Shown: piece by piece, positions 1-12,055 of the stretch
How the letters are laid out: every line of letters starts with the position of its first letter
Position numbering within the stretch: position 1 is the first letter of the stretch
Source: Piedraia hortae CBS 480.64
Lineage: Eukaryota
Assembly (NCBI GenBank): GCA_010093745.1
Contig: MU006032.1
Span: 1-52,208 of the forward strand
Length of the DNA: 52,208 nt
Reading direction: 5' to 3'
Position numbers and translations under genes: made by a program
Notes under the pieces: generated by a model
Database searches by the model: none
The model's input: only the letters and a program-made list of their open reading frames with translations
Told to the model about the DNA's origin: nothing

Positions 1-81
1 CGCTCGGCTCTCGACTTCACGCGTCAACTAGTTTTCCGTAGAGATTTGTATGCAGGTACACATCTGCTCACAATTATAATA
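1..81 (+). mobile_element. 3' part of short (~120 bp) copia-type LTR, family E, cut by window edge
   Basis: cgctcggctctcgactt..acgcgtcaactagttttccg.agagatttgtatgcaggtacacatctgctcaca is near-identical to 51975-52045 and similar to 50847-50912. Confidence 0.75.
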
Positions 82-981
82 ATCCTACATCACCGAGACA
101 GTTGCTCTTTTGCTCTTCACGCGTTGTTCTAGTCTTTTAGGCAGTATAGCGTTGCGCACTCCGTATAGCTTTGTCCCTTGTGCCCTCCAGCCTCTCGGGT
201 CTGACGCCAGACTCTGAATGCTTCCTACTAAACTTACATGACGTCGTGCATCTTTTGGATCCCTGAAGCCGTACTAAACGAGGGGTATGAAGTTCTTCGC
301 TCGCTTATCGCTACCCTCAGATGCCCACGAGCGCTTAAGCAGAGCGCACGATTACATGCAGATTTAGGCGAAAGCAATCCTACTCGAGCGACTTTGACGC
401 GAACCAATCACTAAGCTATAGACTCAGGTCAAACATCAGATACTCGTGGCTAAAATGATCCACACGTACTCTACAGCAAGAGGAGCCGTGTATGGGAGTC
501 GGTATGCTTTGCAGAACGAAATGCTGGACAGTTACAACTTGCTAGCAAGATCCTATTGTGTTCATAGACTGCCCTGCACGTGTCAAAGTGCGGCACGGGC
601 CGCTCCGACGGGATGCCCCGCGGAAACACTATACAATGCCGTTCCAGAAACGACCCCACCTGTGCTAAATACTCAAGCAACTGGACACAAACCAATCAAG
701 ACACGCACATTGAATGTTCATACATTAGCTAGAATGGTTCGAATACGAGCTGTCGAATAAACCAGCACCTCGTATTCGGAAGCCTTTCTGTTGTAGCCAT
801 TCATAGTTTCAAATGGCCCTCTCGATTCCACCACTCGGATGAGAAACAGCACAAAGGATGACGAGGATTACCTTCAAGCCTATCATGTCATCCTCATTAG
901 CACCACGCTTAAACTCGGCAAGAGTCATCCGCTCAGCGATATAAACACCCTCAAAGATCTCATCCACCAAATCGCGCAACA

Positions 982-1458
982 ATGCACATCTCAGCTTTCC
1001 TTATTGCCCTCCCCCCCCTGGTTTCTGCGGTGGGGACCTTGCATCTCAGCGCCGTAAACCTCCATCTACACGACTACGCATACACACTAAACCTTACCAT
1101 AAGAAAGAATGACAACCCACCCGTCGACTGCAATTTGGTCTGGAATCTGCGCCACGGGCCCAGTACATGCTGGTACCAATGCGTTGGTAACAAGAACTAC
1201 TACGCCACAATCGCCGGTAAAGGATGGGATCCGGATAACTTTACGGTTGCGGTTTGGGATGATTATGCAAGTGATCAACACGATAACGGGACGGTGATGA
1301 TTATGAAGAATGATGAGTATGGTTGTGTGAATGGCGACTGTCAATTTTGCCTCAGTGATGTAACATGCTCGATTACGCCGGGTGGGAGAGGTTTTGGTGG
1401 GGAATATGAAAGCTTTAGTGGAAATATGGATCAGACCAGGACGTGTCAGGATGATTGA
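982..1458 (+). CDS. small secreted cysteine-rich protein (effector candidate)
   Basis: 158 aa, hydrophobic N-terminus MHISAFLIALPPLVSA, 8 Cys, TATA-like gatataaac about 50 bp upstream. Confidence 0.75.
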   Translation: MHISAFLIALPPLVSAVGTLHLSAVNLHLHDYAYTLNLTIRKNDNPPVDCNLVWNLRHGPSTCWYQCVGNKNYYATIAGKGWDPDNFTVAVWDDYASDQHDNGTVMIMKNDEYGCVNGDCQFCLSDVTCSITPGGRGFGGEYESFSGNMDQTRTCQDD

Positions 1459-2215
1459 GGGGATTGAGAGGGCATTACAAGGTGGCAGAATGTGGTGTCG
1501 GCTTCACCTCACACCGCACTTTGCTCCCTTCCGGAGAAGAGGGCATGTACATGTTGATGTTGAGGTAGATTACTGTCGCTTCAGATCTCTTTTTGAATTT
1601 TACGGTCTTTGTCCCGGTATAGATGCCGAGCATAGCCTCGAGCCGGTCACACTTGGAGGCCGCTGAGGGGTTCTTGGTAGGATTTCTCGCTTGCAACTGC
1701 CGCAGTGGCACGAAGGAAGAATTCACAGCGCGCGAAGCCGCTTCGTCATGGTTTGTTAAGTCGACAAGTGTTATTCAGCAGGAAGAGTCCGCGTTATTGC
1801 TGATGTTGCCCTGGGTTTGTGTTGGGCTTGCGGGCATACCAACGTTCTCGACCTCTCGGGAGAGCTGCTTCAATGGATGGTCTGACGGGATGTGAAAATT
1901 TGAAGGCTACATCATGGACCTAAAAGACCACCATACCGGCAGTTATGGTTGCTTGATGCCGCTGCTCTACTCGATTTGAAGGCGCCGGCACCTGACGTTG
2001 AGGGCTGACGTGGCTGACGTGGGGCAATACCGTTTCTAACGGTAAATAACGCGGGAACTTCTGCCAAGAAATAATTCGACCAGCGTGATCGGTCAATCTT
2101 CTTCTTGGGCGGGAAGAGGAAACGTAGCGATGATGGCTATGGATTAGTGTCACTCGACTGTTCTTGACCAGGCGCATATTCCTTTCGGGAAGCTCCCCAC
2201 CTTCCAACCAACGTC

Positions 2216-3625
2216 ATGGCACCAACAGAAAGCACAAGAGCGATGCTACGCAGGCTGCTTGTGCATCACCAGCTCAGTCTCAGTCTCAATCTGATGCTCG
2301 TAGGGACTTTGTTCTATGTGTTAATCCCATCGTTGCGGAGTTGGCTGCGCGCCTTTGCCCAGCTGAGCTACGCTGATGCAGTGGGGGGTTTCAGTCCAGG
2401 CCCGCGCGATTTGTATCTGGTGTGCAGCTTCATCGTTATCTTCACGGCTGTCCGGGCCTTTTGCCTCGATTATGTGCTGATTCCGCTTGCCGTACGCTGC
2501 TATGTGCGAACCCGCAAGGCCCGGTTACGATTCGCGGAGCAAGGATATATGATGGTCTACTATCTACTCTACTGGTCGTGGGGGCTTCATCTTTTCATCC
2601 AAAACACACCGCCAGAGGTGCATGACATCAACTCGCTGCTCATATCCATCTGGACCGGATATCCGCGCCTCTACATGTCACAGGGCGTGAAGCTTTATTA
2701 TCTCTCTCAATTCGCCTTTTGGATCCAACAGTTTGCCGTGCTGCACATAGAATCCCGACGGAAAGACCATATGCAGATGCTCTTGCATCATGTCATCACA
2801 GCCGCCCTTATCGCTGGCAGCCATTCATACCGCCAGTGGCGCGCTGGAAACGCAATTCTCGTTTGCATGGATATTGTCGACTTCATATTCCCCTTGGCGA
2901 AATGCCTCAAGTACATGGAGCTGCAGAACGCCTGTGATGTGGCATTTGGTTTCTTCGTCTTGGCCTGGGTCAGTTCCCGTCACATTGCCTACAATGCAAT
3001 CTGCTACTCTGTCTATTCCCAGGTCAGTAACGTCGTCATGCCTTACGGCACATATAGCACACGCACTGGGGCTCAACTGTCCACTGAAGGCGGTCACGAA
3101 ATCACCGCAAACCTCCTCCAACCATTTCTCTATCCGGAGTCGGAAACCGTGTCATTTAACGCCAGCATTAGATTCTTTTTCTTAGCCCTGCTTCTAGCTT
3201 TACAAGGCATCACGATTGCATGGTTCATCATGATCTGTCGCGTTGTTGTGCGGGTATTGCACGGCAAAGGTGCCGAAGAGCCGCGTTCTGATGGCGAGGA
3301 TGAAGAAGAAGAGTTGGAAATCGACGGAAAGGACGGCTCCGTGAACGTTGACAAAATTGAACGCGACGAAGTCGAAGCCGCACAACCTTTGGACCATGCC
3401 TTTGGCCCTGCCCTCTCTCGACAGGATAAGCGTCGCTTTATAGAGGTCGAGTCTTCTTCAGAAGAAATAGTCACATCAAGTAGCAGGATAAGTGGGACAA
3501 GGAAGAAACCTAAGGGAATCTCCTCGAGCCTGAATCTTGGAGAGCACAAGACCATCCTTAACAGGATCGGGTGCCTATCTGAAGAGCAGCTTGCGAGGGA
3601 AAGGGAAAAGAGAGAAGAGAAGTAA
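2216..3625 (+). CDS. ceramide synthase (TLC/Lag1 domain), BarA/Lac1-type; intronless
   Basis: Lag1p motif RKDHMQMLLHHVIT...MDIVD..AKCLKY, RFAEQ motif, multiple TM segments, acidic RSDGEDEEEE tail, C-terminal LNRIGC. Confidence 0.92.
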   Translation: MAPTESTRAMLRRLLVHHQLSLSLNLMLVGTLFYVLIPSLRSWLRAFAQLSYADAVGGFSPGPRDLYLVCSFIVIFTAVRAFCLDYVLIPLAVRCYVRTRKARLRFAEQGYMMVYYLLYWSWGLHLFIQNTPPEVHDINSLLISIWTGYPRLYMSQGVKLYYLSQFAFWIQQFAVLHIESRRKDHMQMLLHHVITAALIAGSHSYRQWRAGNAILVCMDIVDFIFPLAKCLKYMELQNACDVAFGFFVLAWVSSRHIAYNAICYSVYSQVSNVVMPYGTYSTRTGAQLSTEGGHEITANLLQPFLYPESETVSFNASIRFFFLALLLALQGITIAWFIMICRVVVRVLHGKGAEEPRSDGEDEEEELEIDGKDGSVNVDKIERDEVEAAQPLDHAFGPALSRQDKRRFIEVESSSEEIVTSSSRISGTRKKPKGISSSLNLGEHKTILNRIGCLSEEQLAREREKREEK

Positions 3626-4503
3626 CCTCTGGCCGACCAGATAGATGGATACACGGACTTTAGGGACAGAGTTACACTGGGTTGGCGTTCGATTATTTGT
3701 ACCTTGTATCTCGCAGGGAAGGGACGGGGAAAGGGTGCGGAAATGGTAGAACCTTAACGACTTGAACATGGCTGCTTCAATGTTTTTGATAGACTGTGCA
3801 ATGATTCAACAAATCGTGAAGTGGATCTTGAACAACTTTGGACATGGTGTGGAGTTGTGATGTGAAGACTGTTTAGCGTGTTCAGTCAGATGACGTCACG
3901 GCTAACTTCCGCCCCTGATCTCCACACCTCTAGTCCCGAAAACAATGGCCGCGAGGGCTTTAAGAGGCGCTGCCCGAGATAAATCAGGTACCAAACTACA
4001 TGTACCAGAACCTGATGGAGCATGCGACCTTTGGCACCGGGCCTAAGATTACTGTCACTTCGCCCAATGGATAACTAATATCTTACATCGGGGATGGTGC
4101 AGACGATCCTGTAATTTTTGAAGGAGCATGGGCGGGAAGTATTCCACAGAGTCATTCGAGTGCATGGGTACTGCAGTGAGCCCCATCCGAGAACGAGAAA
4201 ACGACATCACCCACACGGAATCGATTGATCGTTTGACAGTTGGCAAATGAGAGGTACTTCTTGAACTGGCGATGTAATATCTGACTCCATCTTCCTTTAA
4301 GGTACTTAATGATTCACGCCACACCAGCCATGATGTAACGTATAGTGTAAGGTTAATACCCCAACTTGACTAATTTCTGTTCACCAAAGTTTGTAGCATT
4401 CCCGCAAAATGGCCTCCGTTAGCTAGCCAGAGGAAGAACAGCATCGACGCTAGACTCACAGATTAGGAAGAATTTCAGTGGTCATGTCTCATTGAAGCAC
4501 CGT

Positions 4504-5454
4504 TCAACACGTCTCCTCTATCTGCTTCAACTCCTTGAATATTTGCTCCCACTCACTCCAATTTGAGTCTTCTAACCTCGCAACGGGCAACCTCTGAGTC
4601 TTTTGATCTCCCACACCCCAGACCCGTGACAAGGCTTCCTTGACGCCGACAACCGAGTACTTTGCAACCAACTTCTCCCCCCTACAGATATGGTATTGCA
4701 ACTCCCTCGTCTGCTTTGCATTTGCCCCCGTCTCCGCACTCAATTTAAACAATCTGATCAACAATTTTGGAAAAATATTGGCCAACGCATCAATCCCACC
4801 TGCGCCACCCACACTCATCACAGGCAGCAACATTTGTCCCAGACCTGTAAAAACCTTGAATTTCTCGTGGTCAATCCCCGGCGAAGCTGCGATTAGCGTT
4901 ACATCATCCATAATCCCATGCGAGAGCTTTGTGCCCACAATGTTCCGATGTTTCGCGAGCGCTTCAAACGTCTTTGGGTCAATGTATAAGTTATTCGTTA
5001 CGCCGGGAAAATGGTAAATCATAATAGCAATAGGCGAATTATCGGCCACATGTTCGAACCATTTCTGGATGCCCTGCTGGGTCGTGCTGCCCGCAAAGTA
5101 TCCAGGTGAGAGGACCAAGGCGTACTTTGCACCAGACTCGCTGCTCGCATGTAGAGCTTCGATGGTGTCCTCTGGGCTGTAAGCAGCCGTTCCAGCGATG
5201 ATGGGCACATCTGGAAATCTGGCCTTGTCAAGGGTATCTCGTTGGCTGGCTATCAGTTCGCGTCGCTCTGATAGGCTAACGGACACTGCCTCGCCAGTGC
5301 TTCCCAGAAGGAGGATACCAGATACCCCGGCATCGGCCAGTCGAAGGGTGTGCGCGCTTTGGGTTTTAGTATCGAGTGCTGTGGCACCGTTCGCCGTGCT
5401 TTTGAAAAAAGTGGGCACGGGAACGTAAATTCCGTCTTTAGGAGGAACCGTCAT
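4504..5454 (-). CDS. DHDPS/NAL-family class I aldolase
   Basis: GIYVPVPTFF, LLGSTGEA, IYHFPGV, HRNIVGTKLS (Schiff-base Lys), GGAGGIDALAN. Confidence 0.92.
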   Translation of the reverse strand: MTVPPKDGIYVPVPTFFKSTANGATALDTKTQSAHTLRLADAGVSGILLLGSTGEAVSVSLSERRELIASQRDTLDKARFPDVPIIAGTAAYSPEDTIEALHASSESGAKYALVLSPGYFAGSTTQQGIQKWFEHVADNSPIAIMIYHFPGVTNNLYIDPKTFEALAKHRNIVGTKLSHGIMDDVTLIAASPGIDHEKFKVFTGLGQMLLPVMSVGGAGGIDALANIFPKLLIRLFKLSAETGANAKQTRELQYHICRGEKLVAKYSVVGVKEALSRVWGVGDQKTQRLPVARLEDSNWSEWEQIFKELKQIEETC

Positions 5455-5779
5455 ATTGATAGGATATAGAGCTGTCGTCGAGTTGCGTTAGGTATGGATG
5501 CTGTAATAGCTACCCCGCTACCCCGCTTCCAGGATGATGTTGCTTCGGCATGCACACAAGCTTTCGTATGCTTTTGAGGCGCCTGCAGGCGCCATGCTGA
5601 TTCAGTGCTTCAAAGCTTTCTCGTAAAGTCCAAAAGCTTGACATCAGCAATCCGACACCACTGGAAGATCTCCGTTCAGAGGGTTAGAGCCGGCGTCTTA
5701 GCCGCAACGGCCCATGCCGCTGATACGTCTCGTTGGCGGGAAAAAGTTATCGTAGCTAGAAATTATCATGGAAAAATAT

Positions 5780-6139
5780 TGTAGGTATTTAGCTCTCGTG
5801 GGTGAGAGTGCACAGCGACCCGAAGAGGGCGGAGCGATAGACGGAAACAGGGACAGGAAAGATGTAGATGTGTGTAAGTCAAAATACCAGTTGCAGCATG
5901 GTAGTGTGAATGACTATTTTCAATAAGGGGACGTTCAGAATGAAAATTCTGTTCCGGTGGGCCGGTGACGTCACGTCGTACACTAGCGGGGCGTATTCAC
6001 CATGTCACATATGACATGACCCTGAGGGAAAACCTCTGTGAGGCAAAAACCTAGGGTGCAGCTGGTAGTGTAGGAGGTATCGCTGACTTGCTATGCAAGT
6101 GCCCTGCATACGCGCTAGCGGCGATGCTTGAATCCAACA
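5780..6139 (-). mobile_element. solo LTR family B (360 bp)
   Basis: TG...CA ends, flanks AATAT/AAGAT (4/5), highly similar to 43294-43654; strand inferred from the U-rich ENE-like motif. Confidence 0.88.
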
Positions 6140-6302
6140 AAGATCTCAGTCTCATTTCATTACTTCTCTTTACTATCTGATAGTGTAGTGTGGTGGAGAG
6201 GTGAACATACGTACCGAAACCCAACGCAAAGAACATGTATCCAAGCGCAGCCTTATCCCAGAAAACAGCCTCTACATGGAGTTCTACAAAGTCCTGAGAT
6301 TA

Positions 6303-6971
6303 TGTTGGAGGGCCCTAGATAGAGGTCAAGCATCCCAGGGTTTCTACCTCCTCACGAGGAAGTTTCCTCTTGGACAAGGCAAGGTCCCGTTTATGCTCTG
6401 TGCGTGCTCTGTAGCTGGTCTCGGTGGATGCGGCTAGGCCTGGGGTAGAGTATGGAGATGTTCCGCACCTCACCTCACCTGATAGGCACACGCATTGACA
6501 CCTACGTGCACCTTAGTCAGTGTCGAGTGACCTGACGCCTGTTGGCTGAAGCCTCGTTGCTATGAGCACGTCGCATGCACCGCAGGAGTTCTCTAGGTTT
6601 TCTCCCATGTTTCTCCCATGTGGAGTTTCCCCTATGAATCACGATCACACTTGTATTGTGACGAATGTGCTCCCAATGACATGTCATAAGCATTGTTGCG
6701 GTCCTGGTTCATTGGAGAGGAGAATTCCTGTCACTGCAGCGACGATCGTTCCGGTGAGATGCAGGATCCATCTCCAGTTGCCTTATGTATACTAGAGGCC
6801 CCCACATAACCAATCCACTGGGATTGGAACTGTATTCCACGCTGTTCTCACTCTCACTCTCTGGTTTCCATTTGTGCACATAACGCTACGCACCGAATAG
6901 CACACATATTCGTGTTCAACGCCCACGCATTAGTCTTTCCACTTTACCCACCGGAGGCCTAGCTTCTGCCA
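6303..6971 (+). mobile_element. solo LTR family C carrying a nested LTR
   Basis: Starts TGTTGG, ends CTGCCA, flanks GATTA/GATTG; 6315-6480 similar to 34650-34810 and 50625-50790. Confidence 0.7.
6540..6918 (+). mobile_element. solo LTR family D nested in family C LTR
   Basis: TGTTGG...TTCA, exact 5-bp TSD ACGCC (6535-6539 / 6919-6923); host LTR sequence resumes after it. Confidence 0.72.
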
Positions 6972-7115
6972 GATTGCCTCTGAGCTTTGGTTCATGTGGC
7001 ACAAAGAAGACAGTGGCCAGAAGAGACCTATGTCCGAACTGCACAGAGCACAACTTTTCTCATCGTTACGGCATCTGTTACACCTTTTTACCTACCCGTC
7101 CATTGCGCCCAGTGA

Positions 7116-7892
7116 TTAGAAGAATCTAACAGGATGACCACGCTCTTTAACCTCCTCCTCTGTCATATTCTTGATCATCGGGTCCGACAGAACATCGCTC
7201 GTCTGCAAGATTTCAGTAAATCCAGCAAAGGGCCTGCCCTCGCGATCGGCGATAATCATCGTCGTTTGGTCACTGTCTACTAGTTTCTGACCTCTGTAGA
7301 CGAGCGCAGCCAGATATGGCTGAACAATAGTAGCAATATTGCCGCGACGAGAGGAGCGAACCCAGAACATGTCATAGTTATCGCCAAAATTATACTTGCA
7401 TGATAGGTCCAGCTCCGCCAATGATATTATGCGAGAGATAATATCCCATCGTTGCATTTCATGCAGCGTGCCTTCATCATTAAATTCATCTCGGAAATCC
7501 CACACAAGCTTGACCTTATCCCACCAGTCTTGAGCAATCAGGATGGCGCTGTAAAGTCCAAAGGGATGGCCTTGGCTTTGAATCTTGAGCAGTGTCTCGC
7601 GAATTTCCGGGGTGATTTCAAACTCAGAGCTAGCATCGGAAGAGTCATCTTTGGACCTTGAAGGCGATACCGGCGTGGTATTCTCTGGTTCGGCTCCTAC
7701 AGAGGTGCTAGAGTTGGGAACATTTGTATCGGGGCCGCAGGAACTGGAGGAGCTCGAGGAGCTTGAGGCGCTGTCCTCTTCGATGTCGGGCTCCTCATCG
7801 CGTAGTAGGTTCACGAAGGAAGTATACCTATTATTGGCGCGCAGCTCAATCTGCCTCTGCGACCGGCGGGGAGCTTGCTTGTAGTCAGTCAT
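7116..7892 (-). CDS. hypothetical protein with Ser/acidic N-terminal region
   Basis: 258-aa uninterrupted ORF, protein-like composition, no recognised motif. Confidence 0.55.
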   Translation of the reverse strand: MTDYKQAPRRSQRQIELRANNRYTSFVNLLRDEEPDIEEDSASSSSSSSSSCGPDTNVPNSSTSVGAEPENTTPVSPSRSKDDSSDASSEFEITPEIRETLLKIQSQGHPFGLYSAILIAQDWWDKVKLVWDFRDEFNDEGTLHEMQRWDIISRIISLAELDLSCKYNFGDNYDMFWVRSSRRGNIATIVQPYLAALVYRGQKLVDSDQTTMIIADREGRPFAGFTEILQTSDVLSDPMIKNMTEEEVKERGHPVRFF

Positions 7893-8807
7893 GAAAGGTC
7901 TGCTGAACGATCGTGTTTAGCAATGGCAACGGAAGTGCAATAAGGAGAAGGGAGGTGGAGGGGTATGTAATCTGACGAAAGGGTTCTTTTTGTTACTATA
8001 TCTACAGAGACGTGTTGTTGTTGTTGTCAACAATGCCGCGATGTTTATCCATAGTGCGGAGATGTGGACAGTGTGAATGACCCAATGATTGCCATCGATG
8101 GCGATTAGATGTCCTGGTAATCCACTAGTCAATCACCACACGAATACGAGTGAGTCTTTTCGGGTTGGGGCGGCGGTACGTATACGACTTCATTCCCAAC
8201 ACGCGTGCGTGTTGGTTATATCACGATGTGCCAAGACGGAACGGGCCGCAACGCGCACATATATCTGATTGCAGATGATCCATGGAACGTATCGATCATA
8301 AGCGCAGTCAAAGGCAGCAACTCGTGACCCCACTGAGTTGAATTAGTGAGAAAGAATGAGAAAAAAACCATAACCCATAGTCTTTGGAAATAGCTACAGG
8401 TTTTTGCGCATGTTATCACTTTGTCTATGTCGTCCCGAGAAATGCATACGAGATCTAATCTGGAAGGCTCGATTTTCTTTCAACAGTATTCGTCACTACA
8501 GCGGGCGGGGTAATGGCTCGGAGATATCAACTTCGTTGTTTCTTACAGAGAGAACCTAACTACGCATTCATGTGCCGGGTCATGCAATTTTACTTCTATG
8601 GCCGTATTCTGCATTGGGCACAGTTGTGGCGCTTCGACATGCCAGCGCTGATTATTTTGGATTGGCACTTAAGCTACATGCTGTCCGGTATGGAGTTGAC
8701 TATCGCAGAATTCCTGTACCATCTCCTTTTCCGATAACTCCAGAACTCTTGCAAATAATTTGTATTGCTGACTCTCTCTCAGCATACAATACACAGCCAA
8801 TCTCGCA

Positions 8808-8933
8808 TCAGGCTGTCACCACGTGAAATCTGGAATCAGGGTACCACAGGGTTATGTTTTCAGGCTGTCACAGTCTGAATTCCAGGAGACCTGAGATCAG
8901 GATTCCACAAGGCGTTGTTTTTCAGGCTGTCAC
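8808..8933. repeat. three copies of TCAGGCTGTCAC within ~55-75 bp imperfect units
   Basis: tcaggctgtcac near 8808, 8860 and 8922; copies 2 and 3 are preceded by atcagg.t.ccaca.gg..tttt. Confidence 0.7.
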
Positions 8934-9049
8934 GACAACTACCTGACTCCGAAACTACATAATAAGGGACGTTTCATTAACATGTGCAGAATGAATTAAA
9001 ACTGTCAAAAGCCACGCGGTGGTGGAGAAACCCTGTCATGCTTGGCCTG

Positions 9050-12028
9050 CAAATCAACTATGCAGATTAAGCATATGGACATTGGCCATCCAGCGGCTAG
9101 ACGCGCTCTCTACCTCGTGCGGCCATATATCACCAGGGGCCATCTGCCTTTCGGTTCGATAAGCGATGAGATCCTGCTTTACGCCACACCACTCGCCACG
9201 CAAATGCATGACATTGAGAACGCGGGCCAGATTCTCTATCGGGACGATTTTGTAACCTCGTGTCTTGGCGAGCAAGGTGATCTTGACCGACGCACAAAGG
9301 CCTTCGTTGGCGTTCTGGGGAGCCACAGTCCGGAACTCCTTAACTAGGGCAATCGCCGTCTGTAGTGTCTAAACCTGTCGTAGGAGCGCGTTGACGCGAA
9401 ATGTCGTGCTCCTCTCCCAGCATTGCACGAAAGAATCCATTCAACATAACGTGGACCCCAGACATCTAGAGATTTGGCGGTATTCCGTCCGGCTCCAGCT
9501 CAAGACATACGTGCTGATCAGCCTGTTGTGTGCGGCTTGGGTCGTTGCAGGAAGCTGAGTGTGCAGGCGTTGGATCTTAGGGACATAAATCTCAGGATTT
9601 GGCAGGCCAATCATGGACCTCATCCACTTTTCTTGGCAAAGGTTGAGAAGCTCATCCCTTGCTCGCGTCATGTCTTCGTTGTCCACACACCGCCAGCCCT
9701 CAAGGGCGATGTGATGTTCCGAGAGAAAGACCGAAAACTTGTTCATGTAATCTAAACCAAGGGCGTGGCGGTTAGTCAGGTCTAGATTGCGTCGAGGTGG
9801 CTTGTTCAAACTCTCCAACCGCTCTGTCATTCCTCCCAGAATAGGCCCATGGCGCCAGATCCCTGCGGGTATATGGAACAAAAGGTGAATTTCAGTCTTC
9901 CTCTTGATGGCGTCAAGCCCCCGTATCTCTGGCCAGGTCTCTACCAGATCCTGACTCGCTTCTTCAACAGTATCGCACCATTCCTGCAGGTCGCTGATGC
10001 TGGTGGTGTAGAGCAGCGTGCTGAGCTTTCCCCCAAGGCACCACAAATGAATCAGGTAATCCATGTCCGCAAGCCCACCTTTGGCTGTTAAAAATGCAAT
10101 CAGGGTCAGCGGCCAGTTCTGGAGTAGGTTTCGAAAATCACCGCCTGTGAACGACTTGTTCCAATTGGCGATTTCTCGGATGAGGAGAATGTCGCAAAAC
10201 CGTCCTTTCCGGCTGAATGTGCACGAACTGCAAGCTGCCAAAGGTTTTCCTTGATTACGCGGATATTAAGCGTATCCAGCCACAGGTATATAATCACTCC
10301 CAGAAGGAGGGAATGGAGCATCTCGTAAATAAAATACTGGTGTGTATCGAACCCTTCGAGTCGGTAGAGCTCCGTGAGAGGGTGCTCCATTCCGACGAGG
10401 TCGGCTTCTTCCACCGAGAGTCCCTTGGTATGCCGTAGCAACCCCAGACTGGAAACATCGGTAATGTCTTTCCATTGATTGACTGCTGCCCAGCGCCAGT
10501 AGAAATCATGACAGGACTGTCCTCTTGTCCAACGGATCGAGCAATGCGCCGCCGCGGCAGGATTAACGGCCATGAACCGACAGGCGCATCTAGAGATGAG
10601 CACATGGCGGTCACTGCGCGAGTCGAAGGCCCGCACGCCGCGCTGGGGCCGAACCAGATCCGGCATCAGCCCAACGAGCATACTGGTGACCTTCATCTTG
10701 GCACCAACCGCAACATAGTAGTTGGCAGAGACGTGAAATTGTGCTAGACCAAATCGCACATTAGGTCCAGTTCTCACAATGATTTGTTTGCATTGATAGC
10801 CAAGACTCACCCTGCGTGAAAAGCCAGCCAAATTCATAGTCCACACTTCCAGGGGATTCCACCGTTTTCCTCGCGCCGCACTTACCCCATTCTGCCAGAA
10901 GTTGACATTGAGCTGCACAACACGAGCGTCAATGCTTCGTGTAGAACTTCTTTGCCGGATGTGGGGTCCGCAACAATGGACCAAAGTCCTCATGGAACGG
11001 CATGCCATCTTGCGGACCAAACTCAACATCTTCCTTAGCCCGGGTTTCTATAACTTTGGTCTCTTCGAGGAAAATCACGGTCGTCTCGCTCACCTCCAAC
11101 ATATCGTCCTTGGTAGGAATAGAGAACGTCAGCGTCCTTGGGTGTACCCGTTCACCGGCTCCAACAAGATCAGCGGAATCGCTCGAAGAAGTCATTTCTT
11201 GTTTTTCTATGTCTGCAGGCTAGAGCGGATCTTCAGGTCATAACACAAGGCGTATCTGGTCGAGCTGGGTGGATTCATCCGCAGGACGTCTCCAAGCCAG
11301 ATACTGACTGGCCTCCCTTGGATCCAGATAATCTCCATAGGTCGCTGCATACGTAGCTCCCAACGCCACTTGGTGCCGTGCCACATTTCGTAACAACTTT
11401 TCGAAGCAGGCCCATCAGGCGAGGTTGCCACTTGCTCTACCACATCGGGGTACTGGACGACTTCTGTGATGTTCCTATAGGTTTGCATGCGTACAATGTC
11501 AAGCACACTAATCTGATAAAATGGTGCCCCATCTCTGGTCTCGCGACGAATAACCTGAGGCTTGGGGATGATTTTACGATGCTTCTTCAGTCTTCCCAAT
11601 GAGGGTACTTTGAGTCTGGCTGGAGTCTTCGCAAGCTCCTTTACCAGTTTCAAAAAGGTTTTCACCAGAGTATCACTGATAGGATGACGATGAGAATGTT
11701 ATATTGCAAACAAAAGGGCATCTTGTTTGCAAGCAAAAGGGTTCCATGGGTTGTGAGGCAGTCTCATGTCGATGTTTTCTGGCGAAATAAAACAAGAAGA
11801 CTATGGCATATCTTGGTCGATCGGTACTGAAGTTTCGACGTCTAACATCTCTTTAACTGTCGGAAACTTGCCATCTTCGTCCTCATGAGCTGACTCGCTA
11901 ATATCGCTGGTATCGCGGATGATAGTGTCGTCATCTTCAGAATCCCAGTCACTCTCATCGTAACTGCAATTGTCTTCGTCTTCCGCCTCTTGATATTTCA
12001 TCTCGCCCGTCAGCTTGGTCGTCAACAC
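9050..12028 (-). pseudogene. decayed CACTA/CMC-like DNA transposase (large fungal family)
   Basis: Motif succession across frameshifted ORFs: PWNPF, KVPSL, EMWHGTKW..PM, FWQNGVSAARGKRWN (cf. W.DDVSGN.SK.WN), AVNP, FDTHQ..EMLHSLLLGVIIYLW, EIHLLFHIP..IWRHGP...TERLESLN. Confidence 0.75.
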
Positions 12029-12055
12029 CTATGCAAAACTCGAACAAATCATTGT

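Noticed and set aside
8494..8501. CACTACAG as the CACTA terminal repeat of the transposase relic
   Set aside because: No matching inverted copy upstream of the transposase; the only CTGTAGTG seen nearby (9360) lies inside the relic
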